A stretch of DNA of 55,924 nt from an uncultured Clostridia bacterium (GCA_947585105.1 CANPWV010000006.1:1-55924), one strand, 5' to 3'. Counted from the stretch's first letter, positions 1 to 10,634 are shown. Numbers and translations: made by a program. Notes: generated by a model from the sequence alone, not told the origin.

Positions 1-2373
1 AATAGTGAAATAGAAAGATTAAGTTTAGCGATGGCTAACGCTAGCAAATTAACAAACTTACAGTATTTGGGAATATTCGGATATGATACACCGATAATGA
101 ATTCTTTTGCAATAGGAAAAGATGGACACGACTTATATAAAATGGGACTTAGTGATTATATTTCAAATTTAAGCGATATCAGTTCTCTTTCAACATGGAG
201 TTCTTCTGTAAAAAAATCTGTTAAATGGGCGTATCTTAATAATAATAGTATAACAAGTGTAAGTTCGCTTAAAGGTTATTCACTTTTATATGAAGTTTGG
301 TTATTTGATAATCATTCATTGTTAAATCTAGATGGTTTTGAAAATAATGAAAATTTAACCTTTTTAATATGTCAAAATAACGGACAATTAAATAGTATTG
401 AAGGATTGGGAGGTACTACTGCGCTATATGATGCCGTTTTATATGGTTGTTCAAATTTAAGAAGTTTAAATGGTTTTGAAACTTCAAATAATCTATATAG
501 TTTGAGAGCGTATAATTGTAACTTGAATAATATTTCTTCTTTAGTACAATTAAATGATGAAGGAAAATACATTGGAAAGTTAAATTATTTAAATATAGAG
601 AACAATAAAGAATTAGAAAATGTTGATATTATAGCAAAATGTAATACTATAAGAAATTTATATTTGGCTGGTAACACCAAGATGATTGCAGATGAAGTTA
701 AATTATTAGGAGATATAATTAAGTTATGTGGAAATAATTATAGTTTACCTGATGATTATTTTGATTTGTTTGAAAATGGAACAATATTAAAATGGGCATC
801 AAAGAACTTGACAGATTATTCTTTAAAAATAAATTCTTTGAAAGGAAGGACAAATTTACAATATTTAAGACTATATGATAATCCTGGATTAGCTCAGTCA
901 AGGCTTGCTAAATTAATAAAAGAAGGTAATCTTAATGTTTCAGAATTAGATACAATATTAAAAAATTTAACACAACTTACAGAAAGTGAAATTTCTTATA
1001 TAAATTCCTTAAAATCAATGGGCGAATCAAATATAAAATTATTGAATGATTCACAAATAGAAGGAATGGAAGAAAATAGTGATATATATTTTAGATATGT
1101 ATTGTCAACTCTAACAGGCTTAAAGAAACTTTCTGTAGCAAAAATAACAAACTTGACAAAAATAGATTTTTTGAATACTGTAAAATCGCTTAGTGAATTC
1201 GACTATAGAGATACAAATGTTACAGATGTGACATTACTAAATGGTGAAAGTAGATTAACTTTAATTTATACTAATGGAGCGAAAACAGATTTATCTACAA
1301 TTCAATCAACTCTTGAAAAAATATATTCTAATCCTGATACTACTGATGGAGATTTGGATTTTGCTTATAGTGGTTTGGAATTCAATCCTTGTTATTGTGG
1401 TGTAATGATACCTCCATACGAAGGTTATACGGATGCGTTTTCTAGCTGTAAGAGCTTAGAAAATTTGAGAGTTGGATTGATTTATGATATTACTGGATCT
1501 TATGATATTTATCCTACTTTTAATTTAGAAGGTTGTGATAGCTTAAAAAAATTTCATTTCTTTAAAGGGTATCTAAAGCTTCCTAGTCATCATATTGACT
1601 CTGTTTGGGTTCAAAGTGGTTGTGATATTTTAGGTAATCAATGCCCTTCTATAGATAATTTGTATGCTCACGAAGGTTGTTTCTACGGGCGTTTTGGTGA
1701 ATTAGAGAATTGTAGTTTGGGAAGTCTGACTTTAAGGAGGTATAATGCTGAGAATCTTTTAAATGGAGTATCAGTGTTAGAGAATTCAAAAACTACTTTA
1801 ACAAATTTAATAGGTTATGATTCTAAACACGTTTATTATGCTGGTGGAGAAAATGGCATAGAGGTAGGTAATTTTGAAAATTTTGAAGGATTTACTGGCT
1901 TGACAAATGTAGTTTTTGCAGGTGCTTACGATTCAGATATATTGGTAGGTATTAGTAACTTGGTAAATTTAACATCATTAAATGTTAGAAGCAATAAAAT
2001 TACTGATATTAGTGAACTTCATGAGTTAAGTTTATTAGAGAATTTGTATTTAGAAGATAATAATATTTCTGATTTATATTGTGAAGTATCTGAAGATGAT
2101 GAAAATAGTAGGAAGGTGAGTATATTTGAAAATATGGAACACCTCGAAACTTTAGAGCTTTCTACAAATCAAATTGAAGATTTATCTGGATTAGAATGTT
2201 TATTAAACTTTAGAGATGAAAATGGAAAAATGGTCTTAAAAAATCTCTATATAAAAAATAATTCATTAGAAAGATACGCTGTTTCAGGTTATGATAATTT
2301 AGGACTAATTCAAAAATTTATAGAAGCAGGTTGCACTGTATCTTATGATGAAAGTGATTTTCAAACAAATTAA
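1..2373 (+). CDS. Large leucine-rich-repeat surface protein, 5' end outside the window
   Basis: Many LxxLxLxxNxI/L repeats (e.g. LTSLNVRSNKITDISEL). The frame is open from base 1, upstream of the ATG at 31. Confidence 0.85.
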   Translation, partial: NSEIERLSLAMANASKLTNLQYLGIFGYDTPIMNSFAIGKDGHDLYKMGLSDYISNLSDISSLSTWSSSVKKSVKWAYLNNNSITSVSSLKGYSLLYEVWLFDNHSLLNLDGFENNENLTFLICQNNGQLNSIEGLGGTTALYDAVLYGCSNLRSLNGFETSNNLYSLRAYNCNLNNISSLVQLNDEGKYIGKLNYLNIENNKELENVDIIAKCNTIRNLYLAGNTKMIADEVKLLGDIIKLCGNNYSLPDDYFDLFENGTILKWASKNLTDYSLKINSLKGRTNLQYLRLYDNPGLAQSRLAKLIKEGNLNVSELDTILKNLTQLTESEISYINSLKSMGESNIKLLNDSQIEGMEENSDIYFRYVLSTLTGLKKLSVAKITNLTKIDFLNTVKSLSEFDYRDTNVTDVTLLNGESRLTLIYTNGAKTDLSTIQSTLEKIYSNPDTTDGDLDFAYSGLEFNPCYCGVMIPPYEGYTDAFSSCKSLENLRVGLIYDITGSYDIYPTFNLEGCDSLKKFHFFKGYLKLPSHHIDSVWVQSGCDILGNQCPSIDNLYAHEGCFYGRFGELENCSLGSLTLRRYNAENLLNGVSVLENSKTTLTNLIGYDSKHVYYAGGENGIEVGNFENFEGFTGLTNVVFAGAYDSDILVGISNLVNLTSLNVRSNKITDISELHELSLLENLYLEDNNISDLYCEVSEDDENSRKVSIFENMEHLETLELSTNQIEDLSGLECLLNFRDENGKMVLKNLYIKNNSLERYAVSGYDNLGLIQKFIEAGCTVSYDESDFQTN

Positions 2374-2388
2374 AATTGGAGGAAGATT

Positions 2389-2664
2389 ATGGACAAAAAG
2401 AGAATATTTTTAATGATTTTAGTTGCGTTTATTATTTTAATTGTTATTTTTATGATTGTAAAAAATAAAAAATCTGAAACAAAAAATAACTCGTCAAATT
2501 CATTAAATCAAGAAGCAAAAACAAGAAGCGAATATGATGAAGTAAATGGTGTATATACAATTTATGATAAAAAAACAAATGAAATAATTACAACGACAAA
2601 TGATGTAGTAAATTTAAAAAGATATGAAGATAACCCAGATTATAATCCAAATCCTGATTATTAG
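2389..2664 (+). CDS. Small membrane-anchored hypothetical protein
   Basis: GGAGG RBS, N-terminal hydrophobic helix, followed by a terminator. Confidence 0.75.
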   Translation: MDKKRIFLMILVAFIILIVIFMIVKNKKSETKNNSSNSLNQEAKTRSEYDEVNGVYTIYDKKTNEIITTTNDVVNLKRYEDNPDYNPNPDY

Positions 2665-2670
2665 AATTAT

Positions 2671-2706
2671 AAAAAACTGTTAGAAATTTTTCTAACAGTT
2701 TTTTTT
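2671..2706 (+). terminator. Intrinsic terminator
   Basis: AAAAAACTGTTAGAAA / TTTCTAACAGTTTTTT inverted repeat plus T-tract. Confidence 0.8.
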
Positions 2707-2743
2707 GTATTTTAATAATAATTATTTTTTTATTAAAAAAGTA

Positions 2744-2772
2744 TTGCAATTTGAAATAAAATGTGGTATTAT
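2744..2772 (+). promoter_or_regulatory. Sigma-A-like promoter upstream of the Rpn gene
   Basis: TTGCAA-17 bp-TATTAT with TG extension. Confidence 0.5.
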
Positions 2773-2957
2773 AATTTCAGTTTTTTTCAATTGATCTTAA
2801 TTGATTCAAATTAAGATTTTTTCCAAACAAATATCAAATATAAAATTTATTCAAGAAAGGTTGTGATTAAAAAAGATATTTTTTTAAATTTTTATAACTA
2901 AAGATAAAAGATTAAAATAAGAAATAAAAAATTAAAAATAGCAAAGGAGAGAATTTA

Positions 2958-3851
2958 ATGGTAAAAAAAGAAGAAAAAATATCATTTAATCCTACAAACG
3001 ACTATGTGTTTAAAAGAATATTTGGTCATGTAGGAAATGAAGAAATAACAAAAGGATTATTGAGCGCAATAATTGGAAAAGAAATAAAAGATGTAAAATT
3101 AGATTTAGATAAAAATAAAATATTAGAAAGAGATTTTAATGATGATAAATCTGGAATATTAGATGTAAGAGCAACATTAAATGATAATGTAGAATGTGAT
3201 ATAGAAGTACAAATAATAGATACAAAAGATATAATTGAAAGAATATTATTTTACTGGAGTAAATTATATAGTAAGGGAATAGAAAAAGGAAGTAATAATT
3301 ATAAAATTTTAAAAAAAGTAATAATAATATTGATAACGAAGTATGAAATAGAAGAATTGAGCAAAATAGAGAAAACATTAACAAAATGGCAAATAAGAGA
3401 AGAAAACTATCAAAATAGGGTGTTGACAGACAAGCTTGAATTTTATATACTAGAATTACCTAAATACAAGAGATATAAAAACATAAGTGAAAGCTTAAGT
3501 AATTGGGTAAAATTTATAGAAAGTCCAGGTGAGCTAGATATGAAAAAAATAAAAGATGAAAATATCAAAAAAGCGAAGGAAGAGTTAGAAATAATAAATA
3601 TGGACGAATATGAAGAAGCAATGGCTTTAAGAAGAGAAATGTTTTTATATGACCAAGCTTCAAGAGAAAGACACGCATATGAAGATGGAGAAAAAGCTGG
3701 ATTTGAAAAAGGAGAAAAATCAGGTAAAAAATTAGGCGAACAGAATTCAAAAATAGAAATAGCTAAAAAAATGTTAACTAAATCAATAGATATAGATACA
3801 ATAATAGAAATAACAGGACTTTCAAAAGAAGAAATAGAGAAATTAAAATAA
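2958..3851 (+). CDS. Rpn family recombination-promoting nuclease / PD-(D/E)XK putative transposase
   Basis: NDYVFKRIFG N-terminus, LDV...DIEVQ nuclease motif, C-terminal GEK repeats and IAKKML...ITGLSKEEI tail. Confidence 0.9.
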   Translation: MVKKEEKISFNPTNDYVFKRIFGHVGNEEITKGLLSAIIGKEIKDVKLDLDKNKILERDFNDDKSGILDVRATLNDNVECDIEVQIIDTKDIIERILFYWSKLYSKGIEKGSNNYKILKKVIIILITKYEIEELSKIEKTLTKWQIREENYQNRVLTDKLEFYILELPKYKRYKNISESLSNWVKFIESPGELDMKKIKDENIKKAKEELEIINMDEYEEAMALRREMFLYDQASRERHAYEDGEKAGFEKGEKSGKKLGEQNSKIEIAKKMLTKSIDIDTIIEITGLSKEEIEKLK

Positions 3852-3890
3852 TCACATTTTGTGTACAAAATGATAATTAAATACATAATT

Positions 3891-3918
3891 AATGAGCGAT
3901 ATAAAAATATCGCTCATT
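3891..3918 (+). terminator. Terminator hairpin directly upstream of pilin cassette A
   Basis: AATGAGCGATAT / ATATCGCTCATT inverted repeat. Confidence 0.7.
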
Positions 3919-3954
3919 GTTTTGTTAGTGATTCGTTATAATGGAAAAAAATAG

Positions 3955-4740
3955 ACTATTATTGTTCTGCTAATTTTGGCTAGAGTATCTCTAAACGCAA
4001 TTATAGGGGATAATGGAATTATAACAAACACGATGAATGCGAAAGAAATAAGTGAAAAAAATAATATTATTGAACTTATAATGAGTAAGCTAATAAGTTA
4101 TAATATTGGAACAATTACTGATAATGTTAAAGCTAATGTTAAAGAAGCTATGAATAAATTATTAGAAGAAAATCTTGTAGATAGTGTATTCGGAGATACA
4201 GGTGCAAATACAGTTGAAGGTGAACAAAGTGAAGAAGGTAAAGGAGGTTTTGCTGGGATACATTGTTGGACTAATGGAGAAAAATCTTCTGTATTGAATA
4301 TTTCTGGAGAAGGAACTTTATATTGCTATGGTGGAAAAGGCGGAAATATTACTATTGATAATATAAGTAATGTCACAGCTTTAAATGGAAGATTTAGACA
4401 AGATAAAAATGATAATAGAGAAACAACTGTACTAAATCAATGTGTAATCTATTCTCAATTAGGTTTTTCTTTAGATGAAATAAATAAAGATCAAGAAATA
4501 TATCATACAGATTTAGATTGTTATCAAACTTATAAAAATGGAGATTTAGAAGTTGCAAAAGTTTCTGATACATTAGAATATGCTAATAATCCTGAAGGAA
4601 TGATTATTTTCTTAAATAATGAAAATCCAAATTATAGAACAATAGATTATGACACATATACAAAATATGGTAATCTAGGGATTGGTTCTGGAGCTGGTCT
4701 TCATGAATATTCTAATGGAAGTTTAACAATAAGTAATTAG
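3955..4740 (+). other. 5'-truncated type IV pilin-like cassette A
   Basis: Frame reads TIIVLLILARVSLNAIIGDNGII straight after an in-frame TAG (3952-3954). It lacks an RBS and the KKGITLIALVI leader. Confidence 0.7.
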
Positions 4741-4752
4741 ATTTTAATATTT

Positions 4753-5028
4753 TTAATTAGGATACCTCTCATAGAGGTATCTTATTATTTTATCTAAATT
4801 TAGTTCTGTTATATTTATAAAAATATTTTTGTCAATTGAAATCCAGATTCCGATTTGGTATTTGTCGTTATTGTCAACAATTGCTGAAATTAGATCAATC
4901 ATATCTATTGGGTTTCCGAAACTTCTTTCAAATTTGGCTTCTTTTAAATCAAATTTAGAATTGTAAAAATTTTTTAAAAATTCTTCTAATTTTTCTTTGC
5001 TTTCTGAAAAAAGATTTAATTCATACAT
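4753..5028 (-). CDS. Hypothetical protein
   Basis: 91-aa ORF with AAGGA RBS and protein-like composition. Confidence 0.7.
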   Translation of the reverse strand: MYELNLFSESKEKLEEFLKNFYNSKFDLKEAKFERSFGNPIDMIDLISAIVDNNDKYQIGIWISIDKNIFINITELNLDKIIRYLYERYPN

Positions 5029-5086
5029 TTTGAAAATTCCTTTCTATATCACATTTTGGTATATTTTGAAAATTTAGGCAAATAAT

Positions 5087-5785
5087 ATGTATATGATGAA
5101 AAAATTTATTTATGTTTTAATTTTAATATGTTTAGCAACCATAAGTCTTAGCGGTTGTGGTAATGACAAAAATAATATCAAATTAGAAAAAGGTCTTAGT
5201 GAAGTAAGATATTTGGAAAATCAAAATATAACAATGTTTAATAAATTTCTTACAAATGAATATTCTATAGATACTGGCGAAATTGATTGGGAGGCTGTAA
5301 CAGAAGATTTTAATATTTTTAGAAATTCTGTAGATGTTATTCTTATTGATTTTGCAAGTATTCAAATTCCAAGTAAAAGTATAGTAGATCTTGAAAATTG
5401 CTTTAGAAATATGGAAAATTTCTTAACAAATAAGGATTTGTATGGCTTTATAGGTTCACTTTGTGATTGCTACAATCTTGCTTCATATTCTATATTAGAT
5501 AATATGCCTGAAAGCGAAGAAATTAAACTGGAAAAGAAAGCAAAAACAGACCTTTTGTATGTAGGCTATTATATAATGAGCGAAAATAGAGTAGAAGGAC
5601 TAAATAATCTTAATATGTTTGAAACAAATTATTCTAATTTAAGTTCAAATAAAAAATATTTAGAAAATAATTCATATAAAGTCAATAAAATTTTTATGAA
5701 TATTCAAAATTTAAGAGGGCAAATTGAGGATCAAAATTTTGACATGGCAAAAGAGACTTTGATAAAAATTTTTGAGTTTTTTTAA
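5087..5785 (+). CDS. Putative lipoprotein
   Basis: Signal peptide with LSGC lipobox. Confidence 0.75.
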   Translation: MYMMKKFIYVLILICLATISLSGCGNDKNNIKLEKGLSEVRYLENQNITMFNKFLTNEYSIDTGEIDWEAVTEDFNIFRNSVDVILIDFASIQIPSKSIVDLENCFRNMENFLTNKDLYGFIGSLCDCYNLASYSILDNMPESEEIKLEKKAKTDLLYVGYYIMSENRVEGLNNLNMFETNYSNLSSNKKYLENNSYKVNKIFMNIQNLRGQIEDQNFDMAKETLIKIFEFF

Positions 5786-6170
5786 TATAAAATCTTTGTA
5801 AATATTGAAAACAAAGAGAAAATTTTAGAGGTGCACATAACAGGTTTCCAAACAATAGTTATGTGTATACTTTTTTATTAAAAAATTTTTGAACTTAATT
5901 AAAGTCGAAAAATTAATAGCATTCGTGAGGACACTCTTATTACTTTATGACGAACGGTCAAAACAGCTATATTTATAGGGTTTTGAGAAAATGGCGTTTT
6001 TTAAAAAAGTCTAAAAAATCAAAAAATTAGGTCAAAATTGAAAAATATTAAAAGTTTAAAAGGTTTAAAAAATAGTTAACATAACACTTTATTTTCTTAA
6101 AAAATTATGTTATACTCGTAAATACGACACATTTTTGTGTACAAAAAGTAATTAATAAAAGGAGGTGAAA

Positions 6171-6218
6171 ATGTGTACAAAAGATGAATATAATTTGAGA
6201 TTAAAAAATTTAAAATAG
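6171..6218 (+). CDS. Possible 15-aa leader peptide (MCTKDEYNLRLKNLK) ahead of the recombinase
   Basis: GGAGGTG RBS at 6161-6167. Its TAG overlaps the recombinase RBS (TAGGAGG). Confidence 0.4.
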   Translation: MCTKDEYNLRLKNLK

Positions 6219-6230
6219 GAGGAAAATTAA

Positions 6231-7850
6231 ATGATTACAATTAAGAATCCTGAGAAATATTCAGCAGGATTGTACACGAGATTATCTAATGAAAAAATCG
6301 AAGCTGGAAACAGCGAAGTTTTAATCGAAAATGAAGACGAAAGAGAAAGTGGTAGTATTAGTACACAAAAGGCATTCTTGAATTCTTTCTGTAGAGAAAA
6401 TAATATTAAAGTTTTTGACACTTATGTAGATGATGGTGTTTCTGGTGCTACATTTGATAGACCAGACTTTAACAGATTGATTCGTGATATCGAAAAGAAA
6501 AAAGTAAATCTTGTTTTAGTTAAAGACTTGTCTCGTTTTGGAAGACTTTCAAGTAAGATATCATATTATCTAGAGGAATTCTTTATTGAAAAAGGAGTAA
6601 GATTTATTGCTATTTCAGATGACATTGATACAGGTCATATTGAGACTTCAGAGGAAATGGTTCAATTTAAAGCTTTTTTCAATGAATGGTATGTAAGAGA
6701 TACTTCAAGAAAAGTTAGAAATGGTAAGAGAATTAGAGCAAAAGAGGGAAAAGTAATGACTACATATCCAACTTATGGATATAAAAAAGATCCAAAAGAT
6801 TGCAATCATTATATTGTAGATATGGAGACAGCGCCAATAGTTCAAGAAATATTTGAGCTTGCTAAAAGTGGAAAAACTGCGACACAAATTGCAAATATGA
6901 TGACAGTAAAAAAAGTATTATTACCTTCAGAAATTATAGGAAATAATCATACGAGAAATATGGAAATTAAAAGGGGCTGGAACAGAAACACTGTAAATAG
7001 AATACTTCAAAATGTTACATATCTTGGTTGGGTTTCAAATGGTAATACAAAAAAGGTTAACTATAAGAGTAAGAAAACTATGGTTATGCCAAAGGAAAAT
7101 AGGATAGTTGTTAAAAATATGCATACGCCGATTATTGATTTGGAAACTTTTGAAATAGTTCAATCAATGCTTGAAATGCGTAGAGGTGTAAGAACGAAGA
7201 CTTACGACTGGTTGCTAAAAGGCGTGATGTATTGTAGAGAGTGCGGGAAGAAGATGAGTTTAGTACCTCAAAGACGCTCTGATGGAAGGACATTATTTTA
7301 TTTTAGGTGCAATACTTATGCTTCTAACCCGTCTTTTCATTTATGCACACCACACAGTAGCAATTTGGAAAAAACTACAACTAATGTTTTACAAATGATT
7401 AGAGCAAAATGTAAGCAAGTTTTAGAAGAAGAGACATTTATGAAAATTGCTCAAAATAAAGAAGCTCTCGACTTGAAAAATGAAATTATAATTTCTGAGA
7501 AAAAAATCGTAGAAATTAACAAGAAAATTGATGAACTATATGGTTCAAAATTTAAGGGAATGTTTGATGATGACGATTTCCAAAGAATTTATAACAACTT
7601 AAAAAAAGAAAGAAACGAAAATGAAACAAGAGTTGAAAATTTAAAGAAAAGACTCGGAAAGCAAGAATCTACAGATGAAATTAAAAAAGTAATTAAAAAC
7701 TTTTATAATTGCAAAGAAGTCACAAGAATAGACTTGATTTCACTTGTTGATAAAATCGAAATAACTGAGGACAAAAAAATTTCAATTCATTATAAGTATA
7801 ATCTTTTAAATCAAATTTTAACTGATGGCTTAGAAGAAGATGTCAGCTAA
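6231..7850 (+). CDS. Large serine recombinase (resolvase, recombinase, Zn-ribbon and coiled-coil domains)
   Basis: YTRLS catalytic Ser, DDGVSGATFDRP, KDLSRFGR, YGYKKD, CRECG zinc ribbon. Confidence 0.95.
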   Translation: MITIKNPEKYSAGLYTRLSNEKIEAGNSEVLIENEDERESGSISTQKAFLNSFCRENNIKVFDTYVDDGVSGATFDRPDFNRLIRDIEKKKVNLVLVKDLSRFGRLSSKISYYLEEFFIEKGVRFIAISDDIDTGHIETSEEMVQFKAFFNEWYVRDTSRKVRNGKRIRAKEGKVMTTYPTYGYKKDPKDCNHYIVDMETAPIVQEIFELAKSGKTATQIANMMTVKKVLLPSEIIGNNHTRNMEIKRGWNRNTVNRILQNVTYLGWVSNGNTKKVNYKSKKTMVMPKENRIVVKNMHTPIIDLETFEIVQSMLEMRRGVRTKTYDWLLKGVMYCRECGKKMSLVPQRRSDGRTLFYFRCNTYASNPSFHLCTPHSSNLEKTTTNVLQMIRAKCKQVLEEETFMKIAQNKEALDLKNEIIISEKKIVEINKKIDELYGSKFKGMFDDDDFQRIYNNLKKERNENETRVENLKKRLGKQESTDEIKKVIKNFYNCKEVTRIDLISLVDKIEITEDKKISIHYKYNLLNQILTDGLEEDVS

Positions 7851-7871
7851 AACATTAAAAGCAAAAAGCTT

Positions 7872-8036
7872 TTAATGTTTTGCCTTATAACTACTACAAA
7901 CAGTTTCTGTTACTCCACCTGAATCACAGTTTTCACAAGGTTTTACTAAAATATTTGTTAATAAGCACTCTTTTGTTGCTCTACCATTATAAAGGCAACT
8001 TGAAACGGTGCAATTTATTTTTTGATGTTCTTCCAT
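7872..8036 (-). CDS. Small Cys-rich DUF1540-like protein, 54 aa, below the ORF-track cut-off
   Basis: MEEHQKINCTVSSCLYNGRATKECLLTNILVKPCENCDSGGVTETVCSSYKAKH with AAGGAAG RBS; CxVxxCxYN...C...TxCxSY pattern. Confidence 0.8.
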   Translation of the reverse strand: MEEHQKINCTVSSCLYNGRATKECLLTNILVKPCENCDSGGVTETVCSSYKAKH

Positions 8037-8151
8037 TTTCTATTTACTTCCTTTCTATAAATATATTATTATTGTGTGTAAAATTTAATTAATTATTCTT
8101 TAAAAATTTGTTATAGTGTAGTATAATATAAATGTTTAAAGGAGAAAATAT

Positions 8152-8634
8152 ATGTTAACAATTAATGTTTTGTGTGTTGGAAAAATAAAAGAGAAATTTT
8201 TTAGAGAGGCAATTTTAGAATATTCTAAGAGACTTTCTAAATATTGTAATTTAAATATAATAGAAGTAGAAGATAATAGAATACCAGATAAATTAAGCTC
8301 TAGTACTGAAAAAGCGATTAAAGATGAAGAGGCTTTAAAAATGATTAATCATTTGAAAAAAGATACATATTTAATTTGCCTTGATTTAAATGGAAAAGAA
8401 TATGATTCTGTAGAGTTTTCTGAGAAAATCTCAAAACTTACTTCTTATGGCAATAGTAATATTACTTTTGTAATCGGAGGAACACTTGGAATTGGTGATG
8501 AAATTTTAAAAATGGCAAAAGAAAAAATTTCTTTTTCAAAAATGACTTTTCCTCATCAACTAATAAGAGTTTTTCTATTAGAGCAAATTTATAGAGGATT
8601 TAAAATAATGGGTGGAGAGACATATCATAGGTAA
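8152..8634 (+). CDS. rlmH: 23S rRNA pseudouridine-1915 N3-methyltransferase
   Basis: VGKIKEK...FVIGG..G...SFSKMTFPHQLIRVFLLEQIYRGF...YHR. Confidence 0.97.
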   Translation: MLTINVLCVGKIKEKFFREAILEYSKRLSKYCNLNIIEVEDNRIPDKLSSSTEKAIKDEEALKMINHLKKDTYLICLDLNGKEYDSVEFSEKISKLTSYGNSNITFVIGGTLGIGDEILKMAKEKISFSKMTFPHQLIRVFLLEQIYRGFKIMGGETYHR

Positions 8635-8640
8635 ATATGA

Positions 8641-8755
8641 AAAAATATACACGGCGTAGCCGTGTATATTTTTTTATGATTTAACAATGATAAAAACTTA
8701 TCATTATTAAATCATAAAAAAGCCCCCAAACAGCGAAGCTGTTGGGTGCTTTTTT
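8641..8755. terminator. Three consecutive hairpins between convergent rlmH and yebC
   Basis: AATATACACGGC/GCCGTGTATATT; AT-rich TATGATTTAACAATGATAA/TTATCATTATTAAATCATA; GCCCCCAAACAGC/GCTGTTGGGTGC. Confidence 0.7.
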
Positions 8756-8764
8756 ATTACATAT

Positions 8765-9490
8765 TTACTCGTCCCAGTTATGATAAACTTCTAGAACATC
8801 GTCTAAATCTTCCAAATTGTCAATTAATCTTTGCATTTTTTCAGCTGATTGTTCATCTAAACTTACATAATTATTAGGAACCATTTGAACGCCAGCTTCT
8901 AGGAAAGAGATTCCTTTTGAAGTTAAGCTATCTGAAACAGCTGTAAAGTTTTGTGGATCTGTTTTTATTTCATAAACTTCGTCTTCACTTGAAAAGTCTT
9001 CAGCTCCAGCGTCTAAAGCTTCCATCATTAAATCATCTTCAGATATTTTACAATCTTCTTTTGCAATTACGATAACACCTTTTTGTTCAAACATATAAGA
9101 AACGCAACCAGTAGTTCCTAAGTTTCCTCCAGCTTTATCAAATACGTGTCTAACATCAGCAGCTGTTCTATTTTTATTATCTGTACTAGCTTTAACAATT
9201 ACAGCAACACCGTTTGTTCCATAACCTTCATAAGTTATATCTTCATATTGTTTTGTACTTCCTTCACCAGCAGCTTTTTTAATTGCACTATTTATAGTAT
9301 CATTAGGCATATTATTAGCCCTACATTTAGAAATTATATCTTTTAATTTAGAGTTTCCAGCCGGGTCAGGTCCACCTTGAGCGACAGCTACTTTAATTTC
9401 TCTTCCTAATTTTGTGAAAATTTTTCCTCTTGCAGCATCAGCTTTTCCTTTTTTTGCTGCGATATTGTGCCATTTTGAATGTCCTGACAT
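8765..9490 (-). CDS. yebC: YebC/PmpR family protein
   Basis: [22 protein letters not shown] and DLDDV motifs. Confidence 0.97.
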   Translation of the reverse strand: MSGHSKWHNIAAKKGKADAARGKIFTKLGREIKVAVAQGGPDPAGNSKLKDIISKCRANNMPNDTINSAIKKAAGEGSTKQYEDITYEGYGTNGVAVIVKASTDNKNRTAADVRHVFDKAGGNLGTTGCVSYMFEQKGVIVIAKEDCKISEDDLMMEALDAGAEDFSSEDEVYEIKTDPQNFTAVSDSLTSKGISFLEAGVQMVPNNYVSLDEQSAEKMQRLIDNLEDLDDVLEVYHNWDE

Positions 9491-9615
9491 AGATATTCCT
9501 CCTTTAATAAAATTATAGACCTAATAAGTATAACATAAAAAACTTGATTTGTGTAGTATAATTTTCAATTTTTTACCAAAAATAATAAAAAAATATTAGT
9601 TTTGGAGGAAGTTTT

Positions 9616-10548
9616 ATGGAATTTAGAACAGATATGGCTGATGAAAGAAGAGATTTATATAGAAAAGCAAACAATATTGAGGACGAGGTCGCAGGCTTAG
9701 AGTGTGAAGAAGAAAACAAAGATTTAGCAAAAATTACAAGAGTAAAAATTCTAAGTGAAGAAGGTGAAAAGGCTCTAAATAAGAAAAAAGGAAATTATAT
9801 TACTATTGATTTGAAAAAAGCTTCTAATTTAAGAGAAGAGGAAAAAGAAAAATTAGAAGATATTATTTCAGAAGAAATTTCTAGTCTTTCCAATAAATAT
9901 TTAACTTCTTCAGATGATGAAGTTTTAGTAGTAGGTCTTGGAAACAATGATTTAGTTTGTGACAGTTTAGGTTCTAAAGTCATTGAAAATATTGAAGTTA
10001 CAAGACATATCAAAAAATATTATCCACAATATTTGAAAGAAGGTTCAAGAGGTATAAGTAGTTTTGCACCTAGTGTTATGGGAAAAACTGGAATTGAGAC
10101 ATTAGAAATAATTCAAGGAGTTACAAATAAAATAAAGCCGAAGCTCATAATTGCTATAGATAGTTTGGCTTCTAGAAGTATTGAAAGAGTTAATAAATCA
10201 ATTCAAATTTCAGATACTGGAATAATTCCCGGAGGTGGCGTAGGAAACGCTAGAATGGGGATTACTTATGAAAATTTAGGAATTCCAGTTATTGCGCTTG
10301 GCGTGCCAACAGCTGTAGAGACTGCGGTAATTGTAAATGATGCTTTGAATTTGTTTATTACTAAATTGCAAGAAGAAGCAAAATCTAACAGTTATCTTAA
10401 TGAATTGAAAAACGAAGATAATTACGAAGAAATTAAGGAAACTTTAAATCCTTATGATTACAATTTAGTAGTAACTCCAAAAGAGGTTGATGAGCTAACA
10501 GAGTCTTTAGCTGAGATTATTTCTAATGGAATAAATTTTGCTTTATAA
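9616..10548 (+). CDS. gpr: Spore germination protease GPR
   Basis: RTDMADE, VVGLGN, GKTGIET, AIDSLASRS, DTGIIPGGGVGN, VTPKEVD. Confidence 0.95.
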   Translation: MEFRTDMADERRDLYRKANNIEDEVAGLECEEENKDLAKITRVKILSEEGEKALNKKKGNYITIDLKKASNLREEEKEKLEDIISEEISSLSNKYLTSSDDEVLVVGLGNNDLVCDSLGSKVIENIEVTRHIKKYYPQYLKEGSRGISSFAPSVMGKTGIETLEIIQGVTNKIKPKLIIAIDSLASRSIERVNKSIQISDTGIIPGGGVGNARMGITYENLGIPVIALGVPTAVETAVIVNDALNLFITKLQEEAKSNSYLNELKNEDNYEEIKETLNPYDYNLVVTPKEVDELTESLAEIISNGINFAL

Positions 10549-10634
10549 ATTTTAAAGAGAAATAAGCACTTTTTAGGAAAAATTGAGTATTATAACTTGT
10601 AGAATGATTGCTAAAAAGCTAAGAAAGGGAAAAA

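Noticed and set aside
3941-3973. ATG at 3941 as the start of pilin cassette A
   Set aside because: It is in a different frame and stops at 3971-3973. The pilin frame has TAG at 3952, and there is no RBS.
6231-8634. SCCmec-like element integrated at rlmH
   Set aside because: The recombinase lies upstream of rlmH. The rlmH 3' end abuts terminators and yebC, with no cargo or att duplication.
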